Origin: an uncultured Actinomycetota bacterium
GTDB lineage: Bacteria > Actinomycetota > Actinomycetes > Frankiales > Frankiaceae
Assembly (NCBI GenBank): GCA_963762695.1
Contig: CAVXLW010000002.1
Coordinates: 1,853 to 65,852 of the forward strand
Reading direction: 5' to 3'
DNA length: 64,000 nucleotides
Part shown: positions 18,711 to 31,014 of the stretch, in pieces
Position numbering within the stretch: the stretch's first letter is position 1
Layout of the letters: every line of letters begins with the position of its first letter
Notes under the pieces: generated by a model
The model's input: only the letters and a program-made list of their open reading frames with translations
What the model was told of the DNA's origin: nothing
Databases searched by the model: none
Position numbers and translations under genes: made by a program

Positions 18711-20156
18711 ATGGCTCTCACCGACGCCGGGAAAGGCCGGCCCGCCAGTGCCGTAGCGACGATCGTCGTCACCTCGGTGGCGGCCTTCATGGTTGCCCTC
18801 GACAACCTCGTCGTGACGACGGCGTTGCCCTCGATCCGCGAGCACCTGCACGCCGGGCTGGAAGGCCTGGAATGGACGGTGAACGCGTACACCCTGACCT
18901 TCGCGGTGCTCCTGCTCCCGGCCGCCGCGCTGGGCGACCGGCTCGGCCGCCGCCGCGTCTTCCTCGCCGGCCTCACGCTCTTCACGTTGGCATCGGCCGC
19001 CGCCGCGCTCTCGACCAACGCCGAGATGCTGATCATCGCCCGCGCGCTGCAGGGCATCGGAGGGGCAGCCGTCATGCCGCTCTCGCTCACCCTGCTGTCG
19101 GCCTCGGTCCCGGCGCATCGCCGCGGTGCCGCTCTCGGTGTCTGGGGCGCCGCCTCGGGACTCGCGGTCGCGCTCGGCCCCGTGGTCGGTGGAGCGGTGA
19201 CGCAGGGCGCGAGTTGGGAGTTCATCTTCTGGCTCAACGTCCCGATCGGGCTGCTGCTCATCCCCGCCGCGCGGCGCGTCCTCAACGAGGCTGCCGGCCC
19301 CACCAAGCACCTCGATCTCCCCGGCCTGCTGCTGATCAGCGGGGGACTGTTCGGGATCGTCTTCGGGATCGTGCGGGGCAACGGGCACGGCTGGACCAGC
19401 ACCCAGGTACTCACCGCGCTCGCCGCCGGTGCCGTGCTGGTGGCTGCCTTCCTGGTCCGCGAGAACGTCGCCGCTGCCCCGATGCTGCCGCTGCGCCTGT
19501 TCCGCAGCCGCGCGTTCACCGCGGTCAACATCGCCGCTCTGCTCATGAGCTTCGGGATGTTCGGCAGCGTCTTCCTGCTCTCGCAGTTCCTGCAGACCGC
19601 CATGGGCTACTCACCGTTCGCGGCCGGCCTGCGCACGCTTCCCTGGACGGCGATGCCGGTACTGGTGGCACCCATCGCCGGGCCGTTGAGCGACCGGATC
19701 GGCGGCAAGCCGTTACTGGCCACCGGCCTGGCGCTGCAGACGGCAGGTCTCGCCTGGATCGCGATCCTGACCAGCACCTCGGTCAGCTACGGCTCGCTGA
19801 TCCCCGCGTTCGTGCTCTCCGGAGTCGGTATGGGCCTGTTCTTCGTGCCGGTCGCGACCGTCGTCTTCGGCAGCGTCTCGGTCAGCGAGCAGGGCGTGGC
19901 CAGCGGCACCAACAACTCCTTCCGTGAGCTCGGCGGCACCATGGGCGTCGCGGTGCTGGGGTCGGTGTTCAGCGCCGCCGGCAGCTTCGGCTCGAAGGCC
20001 GCGTTCGTCGCCGGGCTACGGCCCGCGCTGCTGGTCGGGACGATCGTGCTCGGGCTCGGCGCGGTCGCGGCGACGCTCATCCCCGGCCGGCGCCCGACCG
20101 GCTCGATCCCGGAGCAGGAAGGTGCGGAGCTCGCCTCAGAGCTGGTCACCGTCTGA
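18711..20156 (+). CDS. MFS transporter, DHA2 (14-TMS drug:H+ antiporter) family
   Basis: 481-aa ORF with AGGAGA upstream of the ATG. Motifs LDNLVVTTALPSI, GDRLGRRRVFLAGL, LQGIGGAAVMPLSL. Multiple hydrophobic segments throughout. Confidence 0.85.
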   Translation: MALTDAGKGRPASAVATIVVTSVAAFMVALDNLVVTTALPSIREHLHAGLEGLEWTVNAYTLTFAVLLLPAAALGDRLGRRRVFLAGLTLFTLASAAAALSTNAEMLIIARALQGIGGAAVMPLSLTLLSASVPAHRRGAALGVWGAASGLAVALGPVVGGAVTQGASWEFIFWLNVPIGLLLIPAARRVLNEAAGPTKHLDLPGLLLISGGLFGIVFGIVRGNGHGWTSTQVLTALAAGAVLVAAFLVRENVAAAPMLPLRLFRSRAFTAVNIAALLMSFGMFGSVFLLSQFLQTAMGYSPFAAGLRTLPWTAMPVLVAPIAGPLSDRIGGKPLLATGLALQTAGLAWIAILTSTSVSYGSLIPAFVLSGVGMGLFFVPVATVVFGSVSVSEQGVASGTNNSFRELGGTMGVAVLGSVFSAAGSFGSKAAFVAGLRPALLVGTIVLGLGAVAATLIPGRRPTGSIPEQEGAELASELVTV

Positions 20157-20213
20157 CCGCTTCACCAGCAACGGGCCGGCGCGTGCAAGCGCGCCGGCCC
20201 GTTGCTGTCTTTG

Positions 20214-21224
20214 TCAGACGACGCCGTGCAGTTCGGAGGTCGGACGCACCTTGCCCAGCCCGCGGTAGGCCTGCTGGGCGGTGCGCTCACCGCGGACGAC
20301 GGCCGCGACCTCCTCGGCGACGGGCACGTCGACCCCCTGCTGATGAGCGATCTCGACGACGCTCTGGGCACTCTTGGTGCCCTCGGCGACCATGCCGAGC
20401 TGGGTGGTGATCTCGTCGACCGTGCGGCCGCGGGCGATCTCCTCACCCACCCGCCTGTTGCGCGAAAGCGGCGAGAGACAGGTGGCCATCAGGTCGCCGA
20501 GCCCGGTCAGGCCCGCGAACGTGCGGGGGTCGCCTCCCATCGCGACGCCGAGGCGGGTCATCTCCGCCAGACCGCGGGTGATGACCATCGCGCGGGTGTT
20601 GTCGCCCACGCCGAGCCCCTCGGCCATCCCGGCGGCGATCGCGATGACGTTCTTCAGCGCGCCGCCGAGCTCGCAGCCGATCACGTCGGTGTTGGTGTAG
20701 ACGCGAAAGACGGTGCTCGCGAAGACCCGTTGCAGCGATTCGGCCAGATGCTGGTCGGGCATGGCGATCACGGCCGCCGCGGCAAAGCCCTGCAGCACTT
20801 CCCGCGCCAGGTTGGGTCCGGAGAGCACCCCGCACGGATGGCCCGGAAGGACGTCTTCGATCACTTGGGTCATCCGCATGTGCGTGCCGCGCTCCAGCCC
20901 CTTCGACAGGCTCACCAGCGGGATCCACGGTCGCAGGAACGCGGCGATCTCCGTGAGGGTGGCGCGGAAGGACTGGGAGGGGACGGCGACGACGACGACG
21001 TCCGCCTCGTACACCGCGTCCTTCAGCGACGTGGTGGCGGTCAGCCGCGGGTGCAGGGCGAGACCTGCGAGATAGTCCGGATTCTCGTGCCGCTCGTTGA
21101 TCGCGTCGACGGTGCTCTGCCGCCGGGCCCACAGCACGGTCTCGGTGCGGGCGGCGGCGAGCGATGCCACGGTCGTGCCCCAGGAGCCGCCGCCGAGGAC
21201 GGCAACGCGGATGTCGCGGGTCAT
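20214..21224 (-). CDS. gpsA: NAD(P)H-dependent glycerol-3-phosphate dehydrogenase
   Basis: 336-aa ORF with [50 protein letters not shown] and [15 protein letters not shown]. Confidence 0.9.
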   Translation of the reverse strand: MTRDIRVAVLGGGSWGTTVASLAAARTETVLWARRQSTVDAINERHENPDYLAGLALHPRLTATTSLKDAVYEADVVVVAVPSQSFRATLTEIAAFLRPWIPLVSLSKGLERGTHMRMTQVIEDVLPGHPCGVLSGPNLAREVLQGFAAAAVIAMPDQHLAESLQRVFASTVFRVYTNTDVIGCELGGALKNVIAIAAGMAEGLGVGDNTRAMVITRGLAEMTRLGVAMGGDPRTFAGLTGLGDLMATCLSPLSRNRRVGEEIARGRTVDEITTQLGMVAEGTKSAQSVVEIAHQQGVDVPVAEEVAAVVRGERTAQQAYRGLGKVRPTSELHGVV

Positions 21225-21283
21225 GAGCGGCTCCTTCGCTGTCGCCCGTGATTCAACACGGGAAGGTGGGCAGACTGGGAGCC

Positions 21284-21745
21284 ATGCCGAAGATCGCCAC
21301 CGCCGACCGGGTCGGACGCGAGCAGATGCTGGAATTCGTCCGCTCGCGTCACCACTGCCTGCTGCTGACGACCCGGGCCGACGGTTCCCCTCAGCTCAGT
21401 CCCGTCACGTGCGGGGTCGACGACGAGGGCCGGCTGGTGATCTCCACCTATCCCGAGCGTGCGAAGACGGTTAACGCACGCCGCAATCCGACCGTCTCGG
21501 CCTGCGTCCTCTCCGATGATTTCGGCGGCCCCTGGATCCAGCTGGACGGGGTGGCTGAGGTGCTCGACATGCCCGCCGCGCTCGAAGGTCTCGTCGAGTA
21601 CTACCGCAGCATTTCGGGTGAGCACCCCGACTGGGACGACTACCGCGAGGCGATGAAGCGGCAGGGAAAGAGCCTGCTGCGTATGACGATCGAGCGCTGG
21701 GGTCCGGTGGCGACGGGCGGGTTCCCGGCACGGCTGGCGAGCTGA
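21284..21745 (+). CDS. PPOX-class (FMN/F420-binding) pyridoxamine 5'-phosphate oxidase family protein
   Basis: Within ORF 21248..21745, ATG 21284. Sequence [64 protein letters not shown]. Confidence 0.7.
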   Translation: MPKIATADRVGREQMLEFVRSRHHCLLLTTRADGSPQLSPVTCGVDDEGRLVISTYPERAKTVNARRNPTVSACVLSDDFGGPWIQLDGVAEVLDMPAALEGLVEYYRSISGEHPDWDDYREAMKRQGKSLLRMTIERWGPVATGGFPARLAS

Positions 21746-21774
21746 CGCATCGACGCATTGGCCGACGTGTTGTC

Positions 21775-22607
21775 CTAGCGCCAGTTCTCGCCGGCAGCGC
21801 ACGCGGCGAACGCGAGCCGGAAGGCGTCGCGCACGGCCCGTGAGACCTCGCGCAGCGCCTCACTGCGCCGGGCATCGGCAGCAGCGCTCAGCGGCTGCTC
21901 GCCCGCTGCCAGCTCGACGACCGCTTCGAGGCGCTGCGCCGTCGTCAGCACCCGGATCGCCTCCGGCGGCGACCCCGGTGGTAGCGGCAGCTTCAGGCCG
22001 CTGCGCTTGCGCAACGACTGGATCGCCGCGACGATCTCCGGGCTCAGCCGCCCGACCTGACCGATCTCGGCGATGACGTCGGCGGCCGCCGTCACGCTCT
22101 CGGACAGCACTCGCTCTGCCTCGCGGAGGCTGTCGGCATCAGCAGCGCCGCCGGTCAGGCGGCCGGGGATCGGGCAGAGCTCCCACTCGACGGTGACCAG
22201 CGGCTCCAGTGAACTGCCGCGCACGTCGACCTCGGGGTGAGCAGCCACCCATGGCCGGCGGGATCTTGCGGCTGCACGGCCACGGCCTCGCCGGCCCGCA
22301 GGGCTCGCGCCAGCGCCAGTCCCGTCATCCCGGCGGGATCGCCGGGAACGGGAAGGCGCAGCGAGACGTCGGCGGGCGCGGTGCGGCGCAGCAGCGGCAG
22401 CACCCGCGACAGCGGCACGGGGCCCGACTCGTCGGGCAACCCGCGCACGGTGTGAGGGGCATCGCCGCGCTGGGCGCCGGCGAGCAGGTCGTCGCTGGCG
22501 GCGCGGCCCGCCAGCCAGGCGCCGAGCCAGGCCACCATGAGCCCGCCGAGCAGCAAAGGCGCGGGCGGCCGGGTGGCTGGCCGGATGTCCGGGGAAGGAA
22601 AAGTCAT
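21775..22607 (-). pseudogene. Hypothetical protein, one frameshift
   Basis: The N-terminal half (MTFPSPDIRP..AGHGWLLTP) lies in ORF 22155..22994. The C-terminal half (EVDVRGSSLEPLVTVEWELCPIPG..AAGENWR) lies in ORF 21775..22839. The junction is near 22245. No family recognised. Confidence 0.5.
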
Positions 22608-22876
22608 CCGCAACAACGCTACCGGGCGATGGTCCGGCTCGCTGACGCCACCAGATCCGGGTGTTCTGCGCGTGAGGTGGCGCCGGTAGTTGGGGGGCCC
22701 GCAGCGGAGCGGCTGATAGCCTTGCACGTGGCGGGACGTTTTTTCCGCCGCTCCCGCGGGCGAGTGGCCCGCGAGGTCGCTTGTTCCGAGAGTTCGCTTC
22801 CCGGCTGGCCACGAGCCAGCCGCTGCCGACCGTCTCCAAGCATGTCGCGGCCTACAACCGCTGATGGAGTTTCTCC

Positions 22877-24403
22877 TTGCCTGAACACGTTCGTCGCCCT
22901 CGGGCGGCCGTGTCCCATTCCAACAACCCTTCTTTCTCCAGCAACCGCAAGCGTTCTGCTCCGGGCCGCCGGCCCGCAGGCCGCTCGTCCGCACCGGCCC
23001 CCCGGCGCAAGCAGCCGTCCGAGCTCGATCTCGCGCTCACGGCGGCACTGTCGGCGCCGGCTCCCGCCGCTGACATGACCTTCGCTCAGCTGGGCCTGCC
23101 CGAGGCGCTCGTCACGGGGCTGACCCGGCGAGGCATGCACGCCCCGTTCGCCATCCAGGCTCGCACCCTGCCCGACGCTCTCGCCGGGCGTGACATCCTG
23201 GGCCGCGCCCAGACCGGATCCGGCAAGACGCTGGGCTTCGGGCTCCCGATGCTGGCCCGGCTCGCCGACACCGTGGGGGAGCGCGTCGAGCGGTCCCCGC
23301 GCGGGCTGGTTCTCGTGCCGACCCGCGAGCTCGCGCGGCAGGTGGCCGACGTGCTGGCCCCGCTCGGCCACGCCGTCGGTGTCCGCCTCACCACCGTCTA
23401 CGGCGGCGCCCCCATGGGCAAGCAGATCGATGCCCTCCGCCGCGGGGTCGACCTCGTGGTCGCCACTCCCGGCCGGCTGATCGATCTGCTCGAGCGCGGC
23501 GCGGTGCGCCTCGATCGCGTGGTCATCACCGTTCTCGACGAGGCCGACCACATGGCTGACCTCGGCTTCCTGCCGGCGGTCACCCAGCTGCTCGACGAGA
23601 CCGTGCCGGGCGGGCAGCGCATGCTGTTCTCCGCCACGCTCGACCGCGGCGTCGACAAGCTCGTCACCCGTTACCTCACCGACCCGGGCATCCACGCCGT
23701 CGCGTCGGCCAACGCTCCGGTGGAGCTGGCCGATCACCGCGTCTTCGTCACGCCCGGCGCCGACAAGGTGGCCATCGCGGCGGAGATCGCGAGCCGTCCG
23801 GCCCGCACACTGTTCTTCGTGCGCACCAAGCACGGCGCCGATCGCCTGGCGCTGCAGCTCACCCGGGCCGGCGCGCCTGCGGCCGCCATCCACGGCAACC
23901 TCAACCAGAACCAGCGCCAGCGCGCGCTGGCCGGCTTCGCCGCCGGACACCCCCGGGTGCTGGTGGCCACCGATGTCGCCGCGCGTGGCATTCACGTCGA
24001 CGATGTCGATCTGGTCGTGCACTTCGATCCGCCGAACGACTCGAAGGACTACCTGCACCGTTCCGGACGCACCGCGCGTGCGGGCGCCAGCGGCACGGTG
24101 CTGTCCCTGGTGGAGCCGGGCCAGGTGCGGCTGCTCGCCAGCATGCACGACGAGGCCGGGGTCACCCCGGTGAGCCATCGGGTCGCGTCGGGCCATGAGG
24201 CCGTGCAGGAGATCGCCGCCTCCGGCGAGCCGGTACCGCCGCCGCCGCCGATCCCGGTGCGCACGTCGACCTCGGCAGGTTCGGGACGTCCGGCAGGTCG
24301 CTCGGGGTACTCCTCGCGCGGCCGGCGGCCGTCGTACGGCAGCAGTGCTCGCCCGCAGGGCAGCGCAGCTCGTCGCCAGGCCCCCACCCGGGCCGGCGGC
24401 TAG
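22877..24403 (+). CDS. DEAD-box ATP-dependent RNA helicase
   Basis: 508-aa ORF. Q-motif region FAQLGLP..PFAIQ, motif I AQTGSGKT, motif II DEAD (VLDEADHM), SAT, HGNLNQNQR, HRSGRTARAG, and a basic/Pro-rich tail. TTG 22877 opens the ORF; the alternative ATG 23075 would drop the basic N-terminal extension. Confidence 0.85.
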   Translation: MPEHVRRPRAAVSHSNNPSFSSNRKRSAPGRRPAGRSSAPAPRRKQPSELDLALTAALSAPAPAADMTFAQLGLPEALVTGLTRRGMHAPFAIQARTLPDALAGRDILGRAQTGSGKTLGFGLPMLARLADTVGERVERSPRGLVLVPTRELARQVADVLAPLGHAVGVRLTTVYGGAPMGKQIDALRRGVDLVVATPGRLIDLLERGAVRLDRVVITVLDEADHMADLGFLPAVTQLLDETVPGGQRMLFSATLDRGVDKLVTRYLTDPGIHAVASANAPVELADHRVFVTPGADKVAIAAEIASRPARTLFFVRTKHGADRLALQLTRAGAPAAAIHGNLNQNQRQRALAGFAAGHPRVLVATDVAARGIHVDDVDLVVHFDPPNDSKDYLHRSGRTARAGASGTVLSLVEPGQVRLLASMHDEAGVTPVSHRVASGHEAVQEIAASGEPVPPPPPIPVRTSTSAGSGRPAGRSGYSSRGRRPSYGSSARPQGSAARRQAPTRAGG

Positions 24404-24407
24404 CCGC

Positions 24408-25575
24408 TCAGCTCACCAGCGAGCGTTCCAGCGCAGTACGAAAGCGGGGCGTGACGCGGACCCTGCCGAAGAACTCGGCGGTCCGCGCCGCCTCGCTTTC
24501 GACGTCCTCGGCCCCCTCCTTGCCGATGTCGGTCAGCAGCCGGAAGGCGATCTCGCCGTCCTTGCGCTGCGCCCAGCCGCCGACGATCTGCCCGCCCCAC
24601 CAGACGGTCGGGCCCGGATTGCCGGAACGGTCGAACAAGGCGGCCTCGCGGGTGTGGTCGCGATGCTCGGGATCGAGGTAGAAGGCGCGGCCGGTCCAGC
24701 CCATCACCGTCGGGTCGAGGGCGGGTAGCAGCCTGGCCCGCGGCGGCGGGCGGCGCAGGGTCCGCGGACGGATCGTCGTCGGCGAGCACGAACGCCGGCC
24801 CCTGGTCGATCGCCACCTCGAGGGTCGGCAGCTGCGCGAGCGCCCGCTTGGTGACACCGGCCGTCCAGCCGGTCCACCACTGGACGTCCGCCGCCGTCGC
24901 CGGCCCGTAGGACGCGAGGTAGGCCCGTACGAGCTGAACCTGCGCCTCGGCGGTCGGCAATTGTTCCGCCGTTGCAGGCGGTTTCGGCGCGGGAGACCAG
25001 CGGTACTGGCTGCTGATCCACGAGCCCTTCGGCCGCCCGCGCACGATCCTTCCCTCGGCGGCCAGGATGAAGAGCACCCGCGTCGTCATGCTCTGCGTGC
25101 CGCCGGCGATCTCGATCTGCTGACGGAGGCCCGGGACGGCGGCGCCCAGTTCGGTCCCGTACGCCTCCCCGCGCTCGATCAGCGCGTCCATGGTCGCGCT
25201 TTCCAGCCCTATCAGGTACTTCTCGCCGTTCGTGGCGAGCCCGGCAGCCTCGATGAAGCCGATGAGACGCGATCGCTCCCGGTCGGCGACGGCGCGGGTC
25301 GCGGCCGCGTGGACCACCGGCGCGAAATCGGTCGTGACGACGAACATCGTGCGGCGCATCCCGAGCATCCGCACCAGCGATCGGTCCTCGTAGAGCGCCT
25401 TCTCCAGCGCTCCGGTCGCCGGCGGGCAGCCGCGCGCCGCCGCCGACAGGTACACCGACGCGGGGTCCGTGGAGTGCAGCGCCACCAGCGCCGATGTGAT
25501 CGCCACCGGGTCGCCCTCAGGCTTGTCGAGCAGCTGCCGCCGTACGAGCCGGGCGCGTCGCTGCTCGTCGCTCAT
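24408..25575 (-). pseudogene. Winged-helix DNA glycosylase family protein (DUF1006, YcaQ/AlkZ-like), one frameshift
   Basis: N-terminus in ORF 24400..25593 (MSDEQRRARLVRRQLL..ALHSTDPASVYLS..RMLGMRRTMFVV). C-terminus in ORF 24408..24857 (LLPALDPTVMGWTGRAFYLDPEHRD..FDRSGNPGPTVWWGGQIVGGW). The junction is near 24750. Confidence 0.65.
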
Positions 25576-25678
25576 GACTATTGCGGACGTCACGTGAGCA
25601 TCCTGCCGGGAAGACGGACGCGGGACACAAAGTTGTAGCCTCTAAAAGGTTGCCAGAGAGCAAGGACTTGGAGGACGC

Positions 25679-27128
25679 ATGCCCGAGCTTTCGCCGCGCC
25701 GGCGTCTGCTCGTGCTGGCGATCTGCTGCTCGAGCCTGTTCATCGTCGGGCTTGACGTCACGATCGTGAACATCGCGCTGCCGTCCATCAAAACCGATCT
25801 CCACGCGTCGGTTTCCGGCCTGCAGTGGACGCTCGACGCCTACACGGTGGTGCTCGCGAGCCTGCTCATGCTGGCCGGCTCGACGGCCGATCGGCTCGGC
25901 CGGCGAAGGGTCTTCCAGACCGGGCTGCTGCTCTTCACGCTCGCGTCGGTGCTCTGCAGCGTGGCGCCGAGCCTGGGCTGGCTCATCGCCTTCCGGATGC
26001 TGCAGGCGGTCGGCGGATCGATGCTCAACCCCGTCGCCATGTCGATCATCACGAATACGTTCACCGACCCGCGCGAGCGAGCCCGGGCCATCGGCGTCTG
26101 GGGCGGCGTGGTGGGGATCAGCCTCGCGCTCGGCCCGGTCATCGGCGGCGGGCTGGTGGAGTCGGTCGGCTGGCGGTCGATCTTCTGGATCAACATCCCG
26201 GTCGGCCTGGCCGCGGTGGTGCTCGCCTCGCGTTTCGTGCCCGAGTCGAGGGCGCCGCACCCGCGTCGCCTCGACCCGGTGGGTCAGGTGCTGGTCATCG
26301 CGGTGCTCGCCAGCGTGACGTACGCGATCATCGAAGGGCCGTCCGCCGGCTTCCGTTCGGCGAGAACTCTGGGAATGTTCGCGTTTGCCGCCGTGAGCCT
26401 CGTCGGCCTCATTGCCTACGAGCGCCGCCGGCCGCAGCCGCTGGTCGAGGTCCGGCTCTTTCGGAGCGCACCCTTCAGCGGCGCGACGGCGATCGCCGTG
26501 TTCGCGTTCGCCTCACTGGGCGGCTTCCTGTTCCTGAACACGCTGTATTTGCAGGACGTTCGGGGGCTCTCGGCCTTTCATGCCGGCCTCTACACGCTCC
26601 CGATGGCGGGCATGACCTTGATCTTCGCGCCGATCTCGGGCCGGCTCGTGGGCAGCCACGGCCCGCGACCGTCACTGGTCGCCGCGGGGGTCGCCATGAC
26701 CGTCGCGACGCCTGATGCTGACCCGGCTGCAGACCCACACCTCGCTCGGCTGGCTGTTCACCGCGTACGCGATCTTCGGTTTCGGCTTCGGGGTGGTGAA
26801 CGCGCCGATCACCAATACGGCCGTCTCGGGCTTGCCGCGCGAGCAGGCCGGCGTGGCGGCGGCGTTCGCGTCGACCAGCCGGCAGATCGGCGCCTCGCTC
26901 GGCGTGGCCGTCATCGGATCGGCAGCTACCGCCCGGGTGGTCGGGAGCTTTCGCAGCGGCTTCGCCGAGGCGAGCCACGTCGGCTGGTGGATCCTCACCG
27001 GTTGCGCCGTCGCGGTCCTGGCCCTGGGTGTTCTGACGACGGGCCGATGGGCTCGTACCACTGCCGAGGCGGCGGCCGAGCGGCTGCTCGAGCCGGCGCC
27101 CGAGGCCCAGCTCGCCGGGGTCGGCTGA
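25679..27128 (+). pseudogene. MFS transporter, DHA2 family, one frameshift
   Basis: ORF 25679..27208 reads as an MFS protein up to AAGVAMTVA. The remaining TMs are in ORF 26715..27128 (LGWLFTAYAIFGFGFGVVNAPITNTAVSGLPREQAGVAAAFASTSRQIG). The junction is near 26705. Confidence 0.75.
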
Positions 27129-27131
27129 CCG

Positions 27132-30100
27132 TCAGCCGTCGAGCAGGCGCCAGATCCGCTGCACCGATACGGGCTGGCGGGTTCCGAGCGACTGCGCGAA
27201 CAGGCTGACCCGCAGTTCCTCGATCAGCCACCGGACCTGCGCGGCAACGGGTCCACGGGCCTTCTCGGCGGCCGCCTGCAGCTCCTGCACCTCGTGCATG
27301 CGCACCCGGTCACGCGCCGGGTCGGACGCGACCTGATCGAGCCGGCGCTTGATCGCGCGCACGTAGCGCTGCAGATCGGGCAGCCGCGCGGCGCCCGACC
27401 GCGTGACGAAACCGGCGCCGACCAGCGCGTCGAGCTGGGCCCGGACATCCGCCTGCGCTTCAGCGACGGCGGCGGGTGCGGGACGGCCCAGGACCGCCAG
27501 CACGTCGGCGGCTCCGGCCACTATTTCCTCGACCTGACCCGCGATGGCGCCGGCGGCGCCCGCCACGCCGTGACGCACCTGCGCCTGCAGGCGGTCCCAG
27601 CCCGGCTCGTCCCACGCCGGGCCGCCCGCCGTGCTCATCAGCTCATCGACCGCGGCGGCGTGGCAATCAGCCAGGAGTGCGGGCACGTTCGCGTACGGGT
27701 AGGCCGCGAGGACGAGCTTGGCCCGGGTGCCGAGGCGTGACGTGATGGCCTTCAGCGGCGACGGTGTCGTGAGGATGAGCAGCCGGCGAGTGCCCGTCCA
27801 CATCGCCGCTTCCTGCTCGGTTTCCGACGCCAGGATCCGCAGGTCGACGCTCTCGCCGCGATCGACAAGTGCCGGGTAGGCCGTGATCACCCCGTTGGCC
27901 ACCTCCCGCGTGATCGTGCGCGCGATCGTGCCCCCCGGCCAGGAGCGCAGGCCGGTGCGCTCGATTCCGCCTCCGGCTTGCGCGACGGCTGCCTGCACCG
28001 CCGGCGCCAGCCGCGTACGCAATTCCGCCAGGTCCTTGCCGGTGGCGATGATCTCGCCGCTCGCGTCCTGCACCGCAAAGGTCGGGCCGCAGGTCCGGCG
28101 GCAGCTTGTCCAGCTGCCAGGCCTCTCGCGGGACGGTGATGCCGGTGCGCCGGCGTAGCACCCGCTCGAGCCCGTCGAGCAGCGGCTCGCCGGGATCGAG
28201 CTCGGGCAGCACCTCGGCGGCGATCGTGGTCGGCGGCGTGAAGTGGCGTCGCAGCGCCTTCGGCAACGAGCGCAGCAGGGCGACGAGGAGTTCCTGGCGG
28301 CGTCCCGGCACCTGCCAGCCCAGCTCGTCGCGGCCGTTGGCAGCCACTTGCGGGAGGAGCGCCAGCGGCACGTGGACAGTCACGCCGTCCTGCTCGGTGC
28401 CGGGTTCGAACGCGTAGCTCACCGGGAAGCGCACCCCGTCGCGGGCCACCTCGTCGGGGTACGACTGCACATCGACGTCGCCCGCGGTGTCACCCGTCGC
28501 GAGCAGCGCCTCGGGCGTCAGGGTCAGCAGGTCCGGATCGCGCCGTCGCTCGCGCTTCCACCAGCTGTCGAAATGGGCTCCTGAGACGACATCGGGACCG
28601 ATACGCCGGTCGTAGAAATCGAAGAGCGTCTCGTCGTCGACGAGCAGGCCGCGCCGGCGTGCCCGGTGTTCCAGCTCGGCCACCTCGTCGCGCAGCTGCT
28701 GGTTCGCGGCGAAGAACGCGTGGTGCGTGCGCCATTCGCCCTCCACCAGCGCCCGCCGGATGAACAGCTCGCGCGACAGTGCGGGGTCGACTTTTCCGTA
28801 GCCCACCTTCCGGCCGGTGACGAGCGGCAGCCCGTAGAGCGTGACCCGCTCGAACGCCATCACCTGCCCCCGCCGCTTCTCCCAGTGCGGCTCGCTGTAC
28901 GTGCGCGTGATCAGGTGCTCGGCGAGCGGAAGCGCCCACTCGGGTTCGATGCGCGCGACGACGCGAGCCCACAGCCGCGAGGTCTCCACGAGCTCGGCGG
29001 CCATCGCCCACTGCGGGGGCTTCTTGACCAGGGCCGAGCCCGGGAAGATCGCGAAGCGGGTGCCGCGGGCGCCGACATACTCGCGGCGCTCGCCCTCGCG
29101 CATCCCGAGGTGTGAGAGCAGCCCCGCGAGCAACGCCTGGTGCACCGCATCCGGATCGGCCGCCGGCCCGTCCGACGAGCCGGCAGCACTCGCGCCCGGC
29201 AGATCGAGCCCCTCGGCGGCGCCCCGCAGCTGGCTCACCAGGTCCTGCCACTCGCGTACCCGCAGATAGTGCAGGAACTCGGCCGTGCACATCCGCCGGA
29301 AGCTGCTGGAGGAGCGGCTGCGCTGCTGCTCCGAAACGTGACGCCAGAGGTTGAGCATGCCGAGGAAGTCCGAGGTGGGATCGGCGAATCGGGCGTGGCT
29401 CGCGTCGGCGGCCTGCTGGCGATCGACCGGACGCTCGCGCGGGTCCTGGATCGAGAGCGCGGCGGCGATGACGATGACCTCGGACAGGCAGCCCAGCCGG
29501 CCGGCTTCGAGCACCATGCGCCCGAGCCGCGGGTCGATCGGCAGCCGGGTGAGCTGACGGCCGACGGCGGTGAGTTTCGCGTGCCCACCCCCGCCGGGGC
29601 GGGTGAGCGCGCCGAGCTCGTAGAGCAGCGCCAGCCCGTCGCGAATCCCGCGCCGGTCGGGGGCATCGACGAACGGGAAGTCCTCGACCTCACCGGGATC
29701 GCCGAGGCCGAGAGAGGCCATCTGCAGCAGCACGGACGCCAGGTTGGTGCGGGTGATCTCCGGATCGGTGTACGGGGGCCGGCTGTCGTGATCCTCCTGC
29801 GAATACAGGCGAATGCAGATGCCGTCCTCGAGCCGCCCGCATCGTCCGGCGCGCTGCAACGCCGATGCCTGCGACACCCGTTCGATCGGCAGCCGCTGGA
29901 CCTTGGTGCGGAAGCTGTAGCGCGAGATGCGCGCGTTGCCGGTGTCGACGACGTAGCGGATCCCCGGCACGGTCAGCGAGGTCTCCGCGACGTTGGTGGC
30001 GAGCACGACCCGCCGCCCCGGGTGCGGCGCGAAGACGCGATGCTGCTCGGCGACAGACAGCCGGGCGTAGAGCGGGATGATCTCGTCGGCGAGCCGCGCC

Positions 30101-31014
30101 GCGCCCTTGCCGCGCTCCAAAGCGTCTGCAGCGTCTCGGATCTCCCGCTCGCCGGAGCAGAACACGAGGATGTCGCCCGGCCCCTCCGCCGACAGCTCGC
30201 GTACCGCCTCGACGATCGCCTGGGGCTGGTCGAGCTCGCGACCGCCCTCCCGCTCGAGCGGGCGATAGCGCAGCTCGACCGGATAGCTGCGGCCGGAGAC
30301 CTCGATGATCGGGACGGTCCTGCCGGGAGCGCTGAAGTGGGCGGCGAAGCGCTCGGTGTCGATGGTCGCCGAAGTGATGATCACTTTGAGGTCGGGGCGG
30401 CGGGGGAGCAGTTGCGCGAGGTAGCCGAGCAGCAGATCGATGTTGAGGCTGCGCTCGTGGGCCTCGTCGATGATGATCGTGTCGTAGCGGCGCAGCAGCC
30501 GGTCGTGGGCGATCTCGGTCAGCAGGATGCCATCGGTCATGATCTTGATGAGCGTCCGGTCGCTGAGCGTGGTGTTGAACCGCACCTGGTACCCGACGAT
30601 GTCACCGAGCTGGCCGCCGAGCTCCTGGGCGATGCGGTCAGCCACGGTGCGGGCAGCGATCCGGCGCGGCTGGGTATGGCCGATGAGGCCGCGGATGCCG
30701 AGGCCGAGATCCAGGCAGATCTTGGGCAGCTGGGTGGTCTTTCCCGACCCGGTCTCGCCTGCCACGACGACGACCTGGTGGTCGCGGATGGCGGCGCGCA
30801 GATCATCGACGCGTGAGGCGATCGGCAGCTGCGGGGGATAGCTGACGGCAGGAACGGCCGCCTGCCGCGCCGCCACCCGGGCTTTGGCTGCCGTGACGGC
30901 GTCGGCGACCGCTGCGAGCGCGTGCTCGTCCGTCGCCTCGGCGATCCGCCGCCGCAACCGATGAGCGTCGCGCAGCATGAGGCCCGGGAGCTCCTCGAGC
31001 AGCGGGCCGGCCAT
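27132..31014 (-). pseudogene. hrpA: ATP-dependent RNA helicase HrpA (DEAH box), single frameshift
   Basis: ORF 27667..31170 (ATG 31014) carries GETGSGKTTQLP, IIIDEAHERS, TSATID, TNVAETSLT and QRAGRCGR. The C-terminal domain continues in ORF 27132..28073 (QDASGEIIATGKDLAEL..). The junction is consistent with RPTFAVQ disrupted by one extra G/C at 28084-28086. Confidence 0.85.

Noticed and set aside
28402-28410. A GGTTCGAA T-loop-like string, prompting a check for a tRNA.
   Set aside because: It lies inside the hrpA coding sequence, and no acceptor, D-arm or anticodon-arm pairing surrounds it. I saw no tRNA, rRNA or CRISPR-like periodic repeats anywhere in the window.
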